From an uncultured Methanosarcinales archaeon (GTDB taxonomy: Archaea > Nanobdellota > Nanobdellia > Woesearchaeales > CAZOXR01), in contig CAZMIO010000005.1 of the NCBI GenBank assembly GCA_964566535.1, forward strand, positions 3,271 through 67,270: a DNA stretch of 64,000 nt, written 5' to 3'. The notes under the pieces were generated by a model, which worked only from the letters and a program-made list of their open reading frames with translations, was not told the origin of the DNA and did no database searches. The translations under genes were made by a program, and so were the position numbers. This document shows, one piece after another, positions 10,401-21,040 of this stretch (position 1 is the stretch's first letter; each line of letters starts with the position of its first letter).

Positions 10401-10984
10401 GAGTAGATATTGTTGATTTAGTGACTGTTGCTAGGGCATTTGGAAATTATTCTCCTGAAGCAGATGTTAATGGTGATGGTAGAGTAGATATTGTTGATTT
10501 AGTTACAGTAGCTTCACACTTTGGAGAAATTTATGGTAATGCAGCTCCATCAATTGTTCCTAGGAGAATGCTGCCTACAGGCGATACAGTTAATGAGTGG
10601 CTTGAAGAAGCTCGTGAGCACCCAGGTGATTTTCCAGAATATCGAAGAGGTGTAGCAGTTCTTGAAAGGTTGGCACAAGTTTCTGCTCCAGAACAAACTA
10701 ACCTTTTACCTAACTATCCAAACCCATTCAACCCAGAAACTTGGATGCCTTTTGAATTAGCAGAAACAAGTGATGTGACTATTAGAGTTTATGATCCAAG
10801 AGGGGATGTTGTTAGGACTTTGAATTTAGGGCAAATGCCTGCTGGGACTTATAGTTCTCCGTTTAGGGCGCCTCGGTGGGATGGGAGGAATGATCTAGGA
10901 GAAAATGTTGGTTCTGGACTTTATATTATGGAATTGAATGCAGGAGATCATCATTCTACGAGAAGGATGTTGATGGTTAAGTGA
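7430..10984 (+). CDS. Secreted multidomain protein: parallel beta-helix, TolB-like WD40/PD40 propeller, double dockerin/EF-hand, C-terminal FlgD-Ig (T9SS-sorting-like) domain
   Basis: Signal ending ...TNARAQ; DGSRAHPFDTMQEGVDAVADGGTVNVASGRY beta-helix cap; repeated WSPDG; DTNGDDRVDIVDLVTVA and DVNGDGRVDIVDLVTVA; LLPNYPNPFNPETW...WDGRNDLGENVGSGLY...TRRMLMVK. Confidence 0.88.
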   Translation: MGLTEIVDGLRDFGERNANRLRRFAYSSLAFGIAATGAGFATNARAQGPNMFVDDSNVSGIEDGSRAHPFDTMQEGVDAVADGGTVNVASGRYDERISVTKSLSLIGEDPETTVVYGVQGESFILALLGGEHNVRGFTFRSSGSHTGIYSQMSGSIENCLFVGNRDGVSVGSGGNVDVTNNTFYRNLTGIDVIGNPSSQAEARIRNNILVGSDVAGLRGSFSSILFAHNCLSGNSQDFFDYTLSPDDVGNVFADPLFVSDTDFHLQLSSPAIGSGDVNGVSVDMGVYGGTNAPGVRIFIDMSIDNTYSLRVTENRHNNTVGVSIEANNPASTNENQLIREAGLLIPTRATLDPQNVGMYYLDEGSWYMLGERVDDGPLLPLFYEAYKVFLPPVAAVDSFLNRMRSFFEFIDSGREDIVRPRDINLNSGDYINLLVPFGSAPITRGLRIELPNAGTQDFFFKFTASQFPVLDLETKMEYGIEIIEGQSPIITKQRRGVLIYHSVDREIFVEYYQVDPTSPYTLGESGEVALDIPAFSLDRAMTVGLERLVGNEVPDLDGALSPAFRVTPDDLDFNQDNQPTLRMRYSDVLAAPGRAMRLNQQMDRDVKIFHHDGSQWSSLDTVVDGNFASAEISGGGMYAVGVEREVVIDPIPSNIMFIAQDSTRSSYELYSVDPFSQRITQLTRGLDIRDQEWSPDGSGVIVYSAEKRRAIIIPDVNNGNILEMPDEVMDDVWNYRWSPDGSKIATLRPDGLYLIDTEGIITELVRGGVWDHWWNPDGESIIYSGGSRERSTEIINIDGSERRRFTEDIDGYLYWLTFSPDRSQLAAAQSPSYYVMDTDGSGVLELYNHPTPNAMNPLFWFQDGGSLFFYSSRERPAGFYSVDSDGRNLQPLLEEYWDYTDFEGLRVEPQWGQGGIHGTPYSSSPDGTMLAFIGFSTPNMGIHVYDIEERRVRRLTEDLRPILGDIQWSRPINHLILGEESLPYDTNGDDRVDIVDLVTVARAFGNYSPEADVNGDGRVDIVDLVTVASHFGEIYGNAAPSIVPRRMLPTGDTVNEWLEEAREHPGDFPEYRRGVAVLERLAQVSAPEQTNLLPNYPNPFNPETWMPFELAETSDVTIRVYDPRGDVVRTLNLGQMPAGTYSSPFRAPRWDGRNDLGENVGSGLYIMELNAGDHHSTRRMLMVK
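10389..10503 (+). repeat. Two 34-nt direct repeats (81-nt period) encoding the dockerin duplicate
   Basis: atggtgatgatagagtagatattgttgatttagt at 10389 vs atggtgatggtagagtagatattgttgatttagt at 10470 (1 mismatch). Confidence 0.85.
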
Positions 10985-11079
10985 GTGAGATAGTAAGAAT
11001 ATGCTTTTTCGTGCAGTTTAATCATTATTTTGCTATTAAGGCTTTATAATGGATATAGCTGCTCTAGTATATATATTAG

Positions 11080-11096
11080 GGGAAAGCTTTAAATAG
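11080..11096 (+). promoter_or_regulatory. Candidate BRE-TATA promoter of the rRNA operon
   Basis: ggaaagctttaaata (purine-rich BRE followed by TTTAAATA) about 150 nt upstream of the 16S processing stem; inference only. Confidence 0.45.
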
Positions 11097-11242
11097 GACT
11101 TATTTCTTCCTAGTTACTCTTATCGCCACCAATAATACATGATTTAGATATACAAATTCTAAATTCGACCTAAACAAGTTCATTGGCTAATATGATTAGC
11201 TATTCAGATGAATGCTTAATGCACAATTATTAAGCACGATTT

Positions 11243-12851
<1,609 letters not shown>

Positions 12852-12863
12852 TTTATAATTATC

Positions 12864-12983
12864 GGGCCCGTGGCTCAATGGTAGAGCGTCGCCCTTGCAT
12901 GATTTTTTCAAGTAAGGCGGAGGCTTCGGGTTCAAAACAACCAGTTGCGTAAAGCAATTGTTGTGAACTTCCCGACGGGTCCA
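12864..12983 (+). tRNA. trnA: tRNA-Ala(UGC) with two introns: 12900-12914 (37/38) and 12937-12969 (59/60, T-loop)
   Basis: Removing both inserts gives GGGCCCG...TCGCC-CT-TGC-AA-GGCGG...TCGGG-TTCAAAT-CCCGA-CGGGTCCA; the T-loop intron forms a canonical BHB (TTCA/TGAA helix, AAA and CTT bulges). Confidence 0.93.
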
Positions 12984-13086
12984 TTCCTAAATTTCATACT
13001 TATCTTTTCATAAAAGATAGCAATTCAATATTTGGAATATTGAATGAAGGGTTGATTTACATTGATGAGACCATGCATAAATTAAG

Positions 13087-16052
13087 ATCCAAACTATTAG
13101 GTGGATGGCTTGGCTCAAATAGAGATGAAGGGTGTGACAAGCTACATTATGCCCCGGCTAGATGCACGTAATCTTTGAACCGGGGGTCCCCGAATCTGAC
13201 TTCAGAATAAATCCGGAAGGATGTTGAACGCAGGGAATTGAAACATCTTAGTACCTGCAGGAAAAGAAATCAACGAGATGCTGTTAGTAAGAGCGACTGA
13301 ACACAGCACAAGGCAAACTGAATCTTTTGTTGAAAGACAAAAGAGATGTGGTGTTAAGACCTTTCTTTATTTCCTCTTTTGGGAACCTGAATTTCTCTGG
13401 AAAGAGAAACCTTAGAGTGTGATAGTCACGTAAGGGTAACTAAGAAGGAATTGAGAGGTATCTTGAGTACTATTCACTGGATACTGAATAGGAATATGGG
13501 AGGCATTAACTTCCAACCTTAAATATTATTTGAGCCCGATAGCAAACTAAGTACAATGATGGAAAGCTGAAAAGAACCCTTAACAGGAAGTTCAAAGAAC
13601 CTGAAACCTAATAGTGATAGTGTGGTACGGCTCTACGGAGTTGTGCCGTGCGTTTCGAATAACGTGCCAGGGAGTTTGTTCAAGTGGCAAGGGTAAATAA
13701 AATGTACCCGAAGCGAAAGCGATAAGCCTGCAACTTGTGAGAGGCAGCGTATGAAAGTGCGTGGAGTCACTTGGGCAAGACCCGAAACCGGACGATCTAA
13801 CCCTGAGTAAGGTGAAGCGAGGGTAAAACCTTGTGGAGGCCTGAAGAGGTTCTACGAGCAAGTGTTCTTCTAACTTGGGGCTAGGGGTGAAAAGCCAATC
13901 GAGTCCGGTGATAGCTGGTTCCTATCGAAATTGGCTGTAGTCAAGTCTTAAGCGAGATAACTTAAAGGGTAGAGCTACGGATTGGGGGTTTAGGTTTCGA
14001 AAGAGATCGATTCTCTGTCCAACTCCGAACTTTTAATTATTGTAGACCTTAGGAAACGGCGGCGCGGGGTAAGCCTGTGTCGCGAGAGGGGAACAACCCA
14101 GACTATGGTTAAGGTCCCAAAATATCAGTTAAGTGTTAAAGGGTGAAAGGTGTCTATTGTCGAAGACAGCGAGGAGGTTGGCTCAGAAGCAGCCACCCTT
14201 TAAAAAGTGCGTAACAGCTTACTTGTCAAGATAATAGGCCCTTAAAATGGACGGGGCTAAACTGATTACCGATACCATAGACATGCTAACAGCATAGTAG
14301 TAGATAGGCATTTTTTAAGGGCAGAAGCTCCTTTGCGAGAGGGTGTGGACCTTAAAGAAATGAAAATCCTGGCGGTAGTAGGATCATAGCAGAGTGAGAA
14401 TCTCTGTCACCGAAAGGGCAAGGGTTCCTTGACAATATAAATTAGTCAAGGGTTAGTTAGTCCTAACTATGCTCATAAATTGAGTAATGGGAAAGGGAAA
14501 CAGGTTAATATTCCTGTACTATCTAAGTATGTGCGGCAACGCAAGTTTAATTTCTATCTTTTTGGGGTAAGCTGACAAATGATCAAGTTTGCTAACTAAA
14601 ACAGATAAGGGGAGATTGTAATAATGAGAACCTTATCAAATTTAGGAATGGTGTTCTTATGGGACATTCAGCCGATATCTAGAAATCTTAAAAAAGGAAT
14701 TAAAATAAATCTTAGATAACTATACCCAGAACCAGCACTGGTGCCCCTGGGTGAGAAGCCCAAGGTGTGAAGGTGTAATCCGATTGAGGGAACTCGGCAA
14801 AATAGCCCCGTGACTTAGGTATAAGGGGTCCCTGCGATTGTAGCAATGCAATTGCAGGGTGCAATTACAAAGGGGGTCCGACTGTTTAACAAAAACTTAA
14901 CTGACTGCTAGCCTGTAAAGGTGCGTATAGTCAGTGACGTCTGCCCAGTGTCAGTACTTTAAGCTCGGTTTCAACTGAGTGAAGAGCTGATAAACGGCGG
15001 GAGTAACTATAACTCTCTTAAGGTAGCGTAATACCTTGTCGTTTGATTGACGACTTGCATGAATGACGTAACGAGATCCCTTCTGTCCCCAATTGGAATC
15101 CTCTGAACACTCTTTACTGGTGCAAAGGCCAGTGATCTCCAGTGGGAAGCGAAGACCCCGTGAAACTTTACTACAACTTATTGTTGCGATGTGGGTTTTG
15201 ATGTGTAGTGTAGGTGGAAGTCGCTAAAGCTTGGTCGTCAGGTCAAGTGTAGACAACAATGAAACACCACTCTTCAAAACCTACGTTGCTAATCTCGTAA
15301 GAGAAACAGCGATAGGTGGGTAGTTTGGCTGGGGTGGCACCCTGTTGAAACAATATCAACAGGACCCTAAGGTTGGCTCAAGCGGGTCAGAAATCCGCAG
15401 TAGAGTGCAAGAGCAAAAGCCAGCCTGACTGGATTCATAATAAGATTGAATTCAGACAAGAAATTGTGGTCTAGCGAACCTCTAAATCCTCCTTAATGGG
15501 GGTTAGAGATGACCGAAAAGTTACTCCGGGGATAACAGAGTTGTCGCGCCTGAGAGCTCATTTTAGTTCTGAGCGGCAAAAATCTTTTTGGATTTGACTC
15601 TGTAGTCAAAAGTTTTCCAGTAAGTTAGCTATAGCTATAGAACTAAGAGCTTATCGACGGCGCGGTTTGCTACATCGATGTCGGCTCCTCCTATCCTGGG
15701 CGTGCAGAAGCGCCCAAGGGTGCGGGTGTTCACCGATTAAAAGGAGTCGTGAGCTGGGTTCAGAACGCTGTGAGGCAGTTTGTTTGATATCTACTGGAGA
15801 TGTCAGTGTCTGAAGGGAAGGAAGCCATAGTACGAGAGGAACTGGCTTTCGAAGCCTCTGGTCTACCGGTTATCTGATAAGGTACGCCGGGCAGCTACGC
15901 TTTATAGGGATAAGTGCTGAAAGCATCTAAGCACGAAGCCCTCCTTGAAAAGAGACACTATAGAACTCGAGAAAAATACTCGTTTAATGGAATCGGTGTG
16001 TAAGTACCAAGCTTCGGCGAGGTATTCAGCATGCGATTTCCAATCGTTCATC
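13087..16052 (+). rRNA. rrl: 23S rRNA containing one BHB intron
   Basis: GAATTGAAACATCTTAGTA, GGGATAACAG, CGATGTCGGCTC, GAGCTGGGTT, AGTACGAGAGGAAC (sarcin-ricin loop); ends inferred from the processing stem. Confidence 0.97.
15562..15652 (+). other. 91-nt ORF-less BHB intron in 23S helix 89
   Basis: Central helix GCTC(15556-59)/GAGC(15647-50), bulges ATT and TTA, intron stem TTAGTTCT/AGAACTAA; excision restores GAGCTCAT-ATCGACGG. Confidence 0.9.
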
Positions 16053-16223
16053 CTTAATTTATGCATGGTTTTTCATTTTTTTCTAAAACCATTTATGATA
16101 TAGTGGTAGCTATATTGTAATTGATATCTTACGTTAAAACTGCTCACAGATGGTCTTAATTTAGAATTTTACCCAGCTCAAAATAGAAATAGATTTATAT
16201 GAACACACTCACCCGACATAGAT

Positions 16224-16643
16224 ATGGCAAGATTATATAAAAATATGGAGATCTTTCAATTAAGCTATTCATTATGTTTAGATATACACAGAATGTTGGA
16301 TAGATTTCCTGAAAAAGAGAAAGATAATATTATATCTCAGATGAGAAGATCTGCGACATCAGTACCTTTGAATATTGCTGAAGGTAGCGTTAAGAAATCT
16401 CAGAAAGAGTTTCTTAATTTTCTAGGTTACTCTTATGGTTCTGCTAAGGAACTTGATGTTTTGCTTTCTATGTCTAAAGATCTTAATTATATTTCTGTTA
16501 AGGATTATGAAACCCTTTTTGGAAAACTAGATATGTTGATGGCTAAGTTGTTTGGCTTTATGAAAAATATTGAAGGAAGGTTTGAGAATAAAAAAAGGTT
16601 TTTTACCAAATATAAAGGAGAAAATGATATCGTTAGGGATTGA
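16224..16643 (+). CDS. Four helix bundle protein (23S rRNA IVS protein / Avd-like family)
   Basis: FPEKEK...SQMRRSATSVPLNIAEG...EFLNFLGYSYGSAKELDVLL signature. Confidence 0.9.
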   Translation: MARLYKNMEIFQLSYSLCLDIHRMLDRFPEKEKDNIISQMRRSATSVPLNIAEGSVKKSQKEFLNFLGYSYGSAKELDVLLSMSKDLNYISVKDYETLFGKLDMLMAKLFGFMKNIEGRFENKKRFFTKYKGENDIVRD

Positions 16644-17601
16644 AAGTACTGCCCACACCTTTGGTGTTGGGATAATTGATAGTAATGGAAATATATTGGC
16701 TAATGTTAAAGATAGTTATACAACTTCTAAGGGAGGGATACATCCAACTGAGGCTAAGGAGCATCATCTTAGGGTGAAGGATAAAGTTGTTGAGGATGCC
16801 TTGAGTGAAGCCGGTATTGATATGGGCGGTGTTGATCTAATTTCTTTTTCACAGGGTCCTGGACTTCCTCCATGTTTAGTTGTTGGAATGGAGAAGGCTA
16901 AGCAACTTGCTAGAGATTATAAGAAGCCACTTGTTGGAGTTAATCACTGTGTTTGTCATCTTGAGGTTGGAAGAGTGATTACTAAGGCTAAGGATCCTGT
17001 AATGTTGTATGTTTCTGGAGCTAACACCCAAGTTATTGCTTATGAAGGTGGGAAGTATAGGATTTTTGGTGAGACACTTGATCAAGGTGTTGGGAATTTT
17101 TTAGATAATTTTGCAAGGTATATTGGAATGGGATTTCCTGGCGGTCCCAAGATTTATGAATTGGCGTTGAAGGGTAAGGAGTTTATTGAATTGCCTTATG
17201 TTGTTAAAGGAATGGATATATCAGTTGGTGGGATATTGACAAATGTGAAGCAGAAGTATGATTCTAAGAAGTTTGAATTAGAGGATTTGGCTTATTCGAT
17301 TCAGGAAACTGTTTTTGCTATGTTGATCGAGGTTGCTGAGAGGGCTATGGCCCACTGTGAGAAAGAAGAGTTGTTGTTGGGGGGAGGGGTTTGCTGCAAT
17401 AAGAGACTGCAGGAGATGGCTAAGATTATGTGCAAGGAGAGGGGTGCTAAATTATATGTTCCCCAGAATAATGTGTTAGTCGATAATGGGCTTATGATTG
17501 CTTGGCAGGGTTTGTTGGAGAAAGATGGAGTTAGGAAGATTGATGATATTGATATAAAACCTGGCTGGCGGACAGATCAGGTTGATGTTGATTGGAGATA
17601 G
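16624..17601 (+). CDS. kae1: t6A tRNA threonylcarbamoyltransferase Kae1 (KEOPS)
   Basis: LGIESTAHTFGVG, SQGPG, NHCVCH, LYVSGANTQ, GETLDQGVGNFLD, GFPGGP, DNGLMIAW. Confidence 0.95.
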   Translation: MISLGIESTAHTFGVGIIDSNGNILANVKDSYTTSKGGIHPTEAKEHHLRVKDKVVEDALSEAGIDMGGVDLISFSQGPGLPPCLVVGMEKAKQLARDYKKPLVGVNHCVCHLEVGRVITKAKDPVMLYVSGANTQVIAYEGGKYRIFGETLDQGVGNFLDNFARYIGMGFPGGPKIYELALKGKEFIELPYVVKGMDISVGGILTNVKQKYDSKKFELEDLAYSIQETVFAMLIEVAERAMAHCEKEELLLGGGVCCNKRLQEMAKIMCKERGAKLYVPQNNVLVDNGLMIAWQGLLEKDGVRKIDDIDIKPGWRTDQVDVDWR

Positions 17602-17632
17602 TTGAAGTAGAGTTAGTGTTTAGTTTAACCAG

Positions 17633-19492
17633 TTAACCTTTCATGATTTTCTTTAAGATGTCTTGTTTTCCTTTCCAAACTAAAGCTTCTTTTAGAACGT
17701 CTGAGATTGTTTCTACTGGAATAATATTTATTGATTTTAATTTTTGTTTATCGATGATAATATCCTGCATGTTTGATTTTGGAACTATGATGTTTTTTAG
17801 TCCTGCGTCAATTGCTGCTTCTACTTTGGAAGTTACTCCGCCGATCGGAAGGACTTCTCCTCTGACTGATAGGGAGCCTGTCATTGAAGTGTTTTGTTTT
17901 ATGGGGATGTCCTTGAAAGCCGAGATTACGGATGTTGCTACTGCAATTGATGCTGAGTCTCCTTCTACGCCTTCATAAGTTTGAAGGAATTGAACGTATA
18001 TGTCGTATGTTTCTTTGATGTCCTCTCCAAAGTATTTTTTAATAATTGCTGAGACGTTCTTTATTGCTTCTTTTGCAATTTCACCTAATTTTCCAGTTGC
18101 AATTATTTCTGATTCTTTTCCCCCTGGAGTAACTTGTGATTCAATTGGAAGGATGATTCCAGAGTATGAACCTGCCCCACCAATAACTGCCATACCATTT
18201 ACTCTTCCAACTTTATTTCCAGCAGTTACTATGACTTCGTATTCTTTTTTTCTTTCGATTAATTTGTCAGCTAGTTGGTGTTCTAAGGTTCTTGCTATTT
18301 TCTTTGCCTGCTGAAGGTGGTTTTTTTCTACAAATTTTGATTTTTGTTCTTTAGCCATGTCTCCTGCTGCCCTTACTAATCCACCTAAGTCCCTTAGTCT
18401 TAATGTTAGATGGCCTTTTCTGTTTGCACGCCTTCTAGCTTCTTCTATAATCTCATCAACAGCAACTTTACTGAAGTGAGGAATTTTTGCGTCTTTTATA
18501 ACTTCTTGTGCAACGAAGGTTGCAATTTTGTTTTGGTTTTCTTCTGTATCTTTTATTGTCTCATTCATGTAAACTTCGTAACCATAACCCCTGATTCTGG
18601 ATCTTAATGCTGGATGCATGTGTTTTACTGTTTCGAGATTTCCTGCTGCTATAAGTATGAAGTCGCATGGAACGGGTTCAGTACGGACCATTGCTCCTGC
18701 TGAGCGCTCGCTTTGGCCCGTTATTGAGAATTTTCTTTCTTGTATTGCCGATAATAGTTCTTGTTGTGTTTGAGGTTGTAAAGTTGCAATTTCATCTATG
18801 AAAAGGACTCCTTTGTTGGCTTTGTGAATCATTCCTGCTACAACTCGTTCATGTGCTGGTGTTCCTAAGCCTCCTGATTGGAATGGGTCGTGTAGAACAT
18901 CTCCTAAGAGGGCTCCTGCGTGTGCTCCGGTTGCATCGAAGAATGGAATTTGTTTTCTTTTGTAGTTATCCACTATTATTTTTGGTGCTTGTGCTTTGGT
19001 GGGCATTCTTTTTCCCAAATTTAGAAAGATGACAAATGCTGCTAAGAATATCATCCCTCCAAGGAAGAATGCTGCAAACATTATGTCTGAATTGTAATGT
19101 GACCTGACCCACCATGGAGCAATCATCGATAGTATTACAAGAATGAACATGAATACATTTTGGTTTTTGAAAGCATTCATCCCTTCAAGTTTTGATTTCA
19201 TTACTAAATCTCGTCCTTTTGATGCTGGTACTGTCCTGATTAATGGAGAGTTTTCATCATTGGGATTTGGGAATGAGATTATGTCAACTAATTTTTCCTT
19301 TGGTAGTAATTCTGCTAGTCCTACACCTAACATAGATTTACCGGTGCCAGGTTCACCTATTAGAAGAACGTGTCTACGCTGCTCTGCTGATTTTTTTATT
19401 ACTTCAACAGCATCATCCTGACCGATTACTTGATCAATAATTCGTTTTGTTAGTTTAATATCTGCTGTTGATTTAAATTTCAAAGGAGCCAT
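17633..19492 (-). CDS. lonB: Archaeal membrane-bound Lon protease (LonB)
   Basis: GEPGTGKS Walker A, two TM helices within the ATPase domain, LFIDEI, EGDSAS catalytic Ser, PIGGVTSK Lys. Confidence 0.96.
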   Translation of the reverse strand: MAPLKFKSTADIKLTKRIIDQVIGQDDAVEVIKKSAEQRRHVLLIGEPGTGKSMLGVGLAELLPKEKLVDIISFPNPNDENSPLIRTVPASKGRDLVMKSKLEGMNAFKNQNVFMFILVILSMIAPWWVRSHYNSDIMFAAFFLGGMIFLAAFVIFLNLGKRMPTKAQAPKIIVDNYKRKQIPFFDATGAHAGALLGDVLHDPFQSGGLGTPAHERVVAGMIHKANKGVLFIDEIATLQPQTQQELLSAIQERKFSITGQSERSAGAMVRTEPVPCDFILIAAGNLETVKHMHPALRSRIRGYGYEVYMNETIKDTEENQNKIATFVAQEVIKDAKIPHFSKVAVDEIIEEARRRANRKGHLTLRLRDLGGLVRAAGDMAKEQKSKFVEKNHLQQAKKIARTLEHQLADKLIERKKEYEVIVTAGNKVGRVNGMAVIGGAGSYSGIILPIESQVTPGGKESEIIATGKLGEIAKEAIKNVSAIIKKYFGEDIKETYDIYVQFLQTYEGVEGDSASIAVATSVISAFKDIPIKQNTSMTGSLSVRGEVLPIGGVTSKVEAAIDAGLKNIIVPKSNMQDIIIDKQKLKSINIIPVETISDVLKEALVWKGKQDILKKIMKG

Positions 19493-19552
19493 AGCTATTT
19501 GTGGTTAGCAGAGGTTTAAAAACCTTTTGATTAGAGAAAATAGGTAAGAGAG

Positions 19553-20047
19553 TTAGCTTTTCTTGATTCTGTGTTTCTCTTCTTTGATTGGTTCGCCATT
19601 AGTTTTGGGATCTGTTGTCTTTTTTCTTTGGATTAATCCGAATATGAGTAGTAAGAGTGAGATTCCTAATAGGGCATATGTACCATAGAATATTTGGTTG
19701 ATTAAGGAGCAGCTTTGAACGAATTTGTTTTCTGATGAACTTGGATTTGCGATTAAGTTTCTGCATATCTTATCTGCTTGGTCTAGTGTGACTGCATCTT
19801 GGGCGAAATCAGCCGGTATGAGGCTTGCCGATTTTGCAATCATATTTAATGATGTGGTGAATAATAAAATTAGTGCTATAGCTAATAATAATAGTCCCCA
19901 ACTGAGTAGAATAGTTGCGCGTTCTCTTTTGGTTTTATGGATGATGTGGCGATATTCTAGTGAGAAGTAAATTACCACTGCAAATGCCATTAGGATGCCT
20001 GTTAATATTAGCGGGTTCTTTAGTAAATCGGGCAGATAGTTTATCAT
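19553..20047 (-). CDS. Hypothetical membrane protein (3 TM)
   Basis: Hydrophobic helices; TATA (tttatata) 22 nt upstream of ATG. Confidence 0.7.
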   Translation of the reverse strand: MINYLPDLLKNPLILTGILMAFAVVIYFSLEYRHIIHKTKRERATILLSWGLLLLAIALILLFTTSLNMIAKSASLIPADFAQDAVTLDQADKICRNLIANPSSSENKFVQSCSLINQIFYGTYALLGISLLLLIFGLIQRKKTTDPKTNGEPIKEEKHRIKKS

Positions 20048-20119
20048 GATAGTTTTTTAAGAATAAATGTATATAAATCTTACTATTTGCAGAAAGAGAT
20101 ATTAATCATTATGCTACTT

Positions 20120-20671
20120 CTAGTAATCGTGTCCAGGGCAAAGAATCTTGTAGTCTATGTTTTTTACGAATTTTAATGTTGCTTCCATTTTGTCTGGGTC
20201 TGAGGTTGGTAAGTCAGTTCTTCCGAAACCGTTGTTGAATAAGGTATCTCCTGTGAAAAGTATTTTTTCTTTTTCGTAGTATATGCAGATTGAGCCCCTT
20301 GTGTGGCCTGGTGTTTTTAGAATTTTGAATCCGTTGAAGTCTTTTAATGGTTTTAGTTGTTTTGTGAATGCCTCTGCTAGCTCAGGGTTTAAAGTTGCTG
20401 CTTCTTTACTGTTTTTGAAGTCTTTTATTTCCTGCTCTGATGCGAAGAATTCTGCATTTGGGAAAAGGTCGAAGTTACCTAGGTGGTCGTAATGGAGATG
20501 TGTTAGGATTACTTTTTTTATGTTTTTTAAATCTATGACCTTTGATAGTTCTTTTTTTACTGTGTCTTTGTAATCTGGTGGTCCTGTGTCTATTATTGTG
20601 TTTATGTTTTTTATTAGGTAGATATTTGAGTCTACGTTTAGTTTGGATATGTTATCTGTTATCTTTTCCAT
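20120..20671 (-). CDS. MBL-fold metallo-hydrolase
   Basis: IDTG, THLHYDHLG, TPGHTRG, FTGD, PGH. Confidence 0.93.
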   Translation of the reverse strand: MEKITDNISKLNVDSNIYLIKNINTIIDTGPPDYKDTVKKELSKVIDLKNIKKVILTHLHYDHLGNFDLFPNAEFFASEQEIKDFKNSKEAATLNPELAEAFTKQLKPLKDFNGFKILKTPGHTRGSICIYYEKEKILFTGDTLFNNGFGRTDLPTSDPDKMEATLKFVKNIDYKILCPGHDY

Positions 20672-20712
20672 TGTTTTGCGTTGGCGGAGGTAGTTTATAA
20701 AATTAACTAGAA

Positions 20713-21039
20713 CTAGTATCTTATATCACGGATGATTCCTTTGTCGTGGAGATAGTAGCTGAGGGCAGATCCTATTACGAAGAGGGTGAGGATAATTATT
20801 TTGTTTCCGTAGTAGGCTCCAAGGATGTACCCAATTATGAATCCAATAACCATTAGAATGTAGGGGAAGACTTGGTTGTTCTTTCTTTCGAAGAATAGTC
20901 TTCCTGCCATCATTCCTGCAACGAAGATTATAATATAACTAAGAACTGCGCTTGGTGCTGCTAGTGATAATAGGAAGCCTATTATTAGCAATACGAAGAA
21001 GAAGAACTCTACCCAGTTTTCAAAAAAGTCGAATGCCAT
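20713..21039 (-). CDS. Small membrane protein
   Basis: About 4 TM segments; coupled to upstream M50-like gene. Confidence 0.7.
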   Translation of the reverse strand: MAFDFFENWVEFFFFVLLIIGFLLSLAAPSAVLSYIIIFVAGMMAGRLFFERKNNQVFPYILMVIGFIIGYILGAYYGNKIIILTLFVIGSALSYYLHDKGIIRDIRY

Positions 21040-21040
21040 T

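Larger units (their letters stand above)
13070..16069 (+). other. 23S pre-rRNA processing stem (17-bp perfect inverted repeat at 13070-13086 and 16053-16069)
   Basis: accatgcataaattaag is the exact reverse complement of cttaatttatgcatggt. Confidence 0.9.

Noticed and set aside
15562-15652. Homing endonuclease in the 23S intron
   Set aside because: Only 91 nt, too short for an endonuclease ORF
16054-16223. 5S rRNA downstream of 23S
   Set aside because: No 5S-like sequence or fold; the spacer is AT-rich, so 5S is presumably unlinked
16224-16643. Diversity-generating retroelement suggested by the Avd-like four-helix protein and the duplicated pilin
   Set aside because: No reverse transcriptase in the window, and differences between the two pilin copies are not adenine-specific (many C/T synonymous changes)
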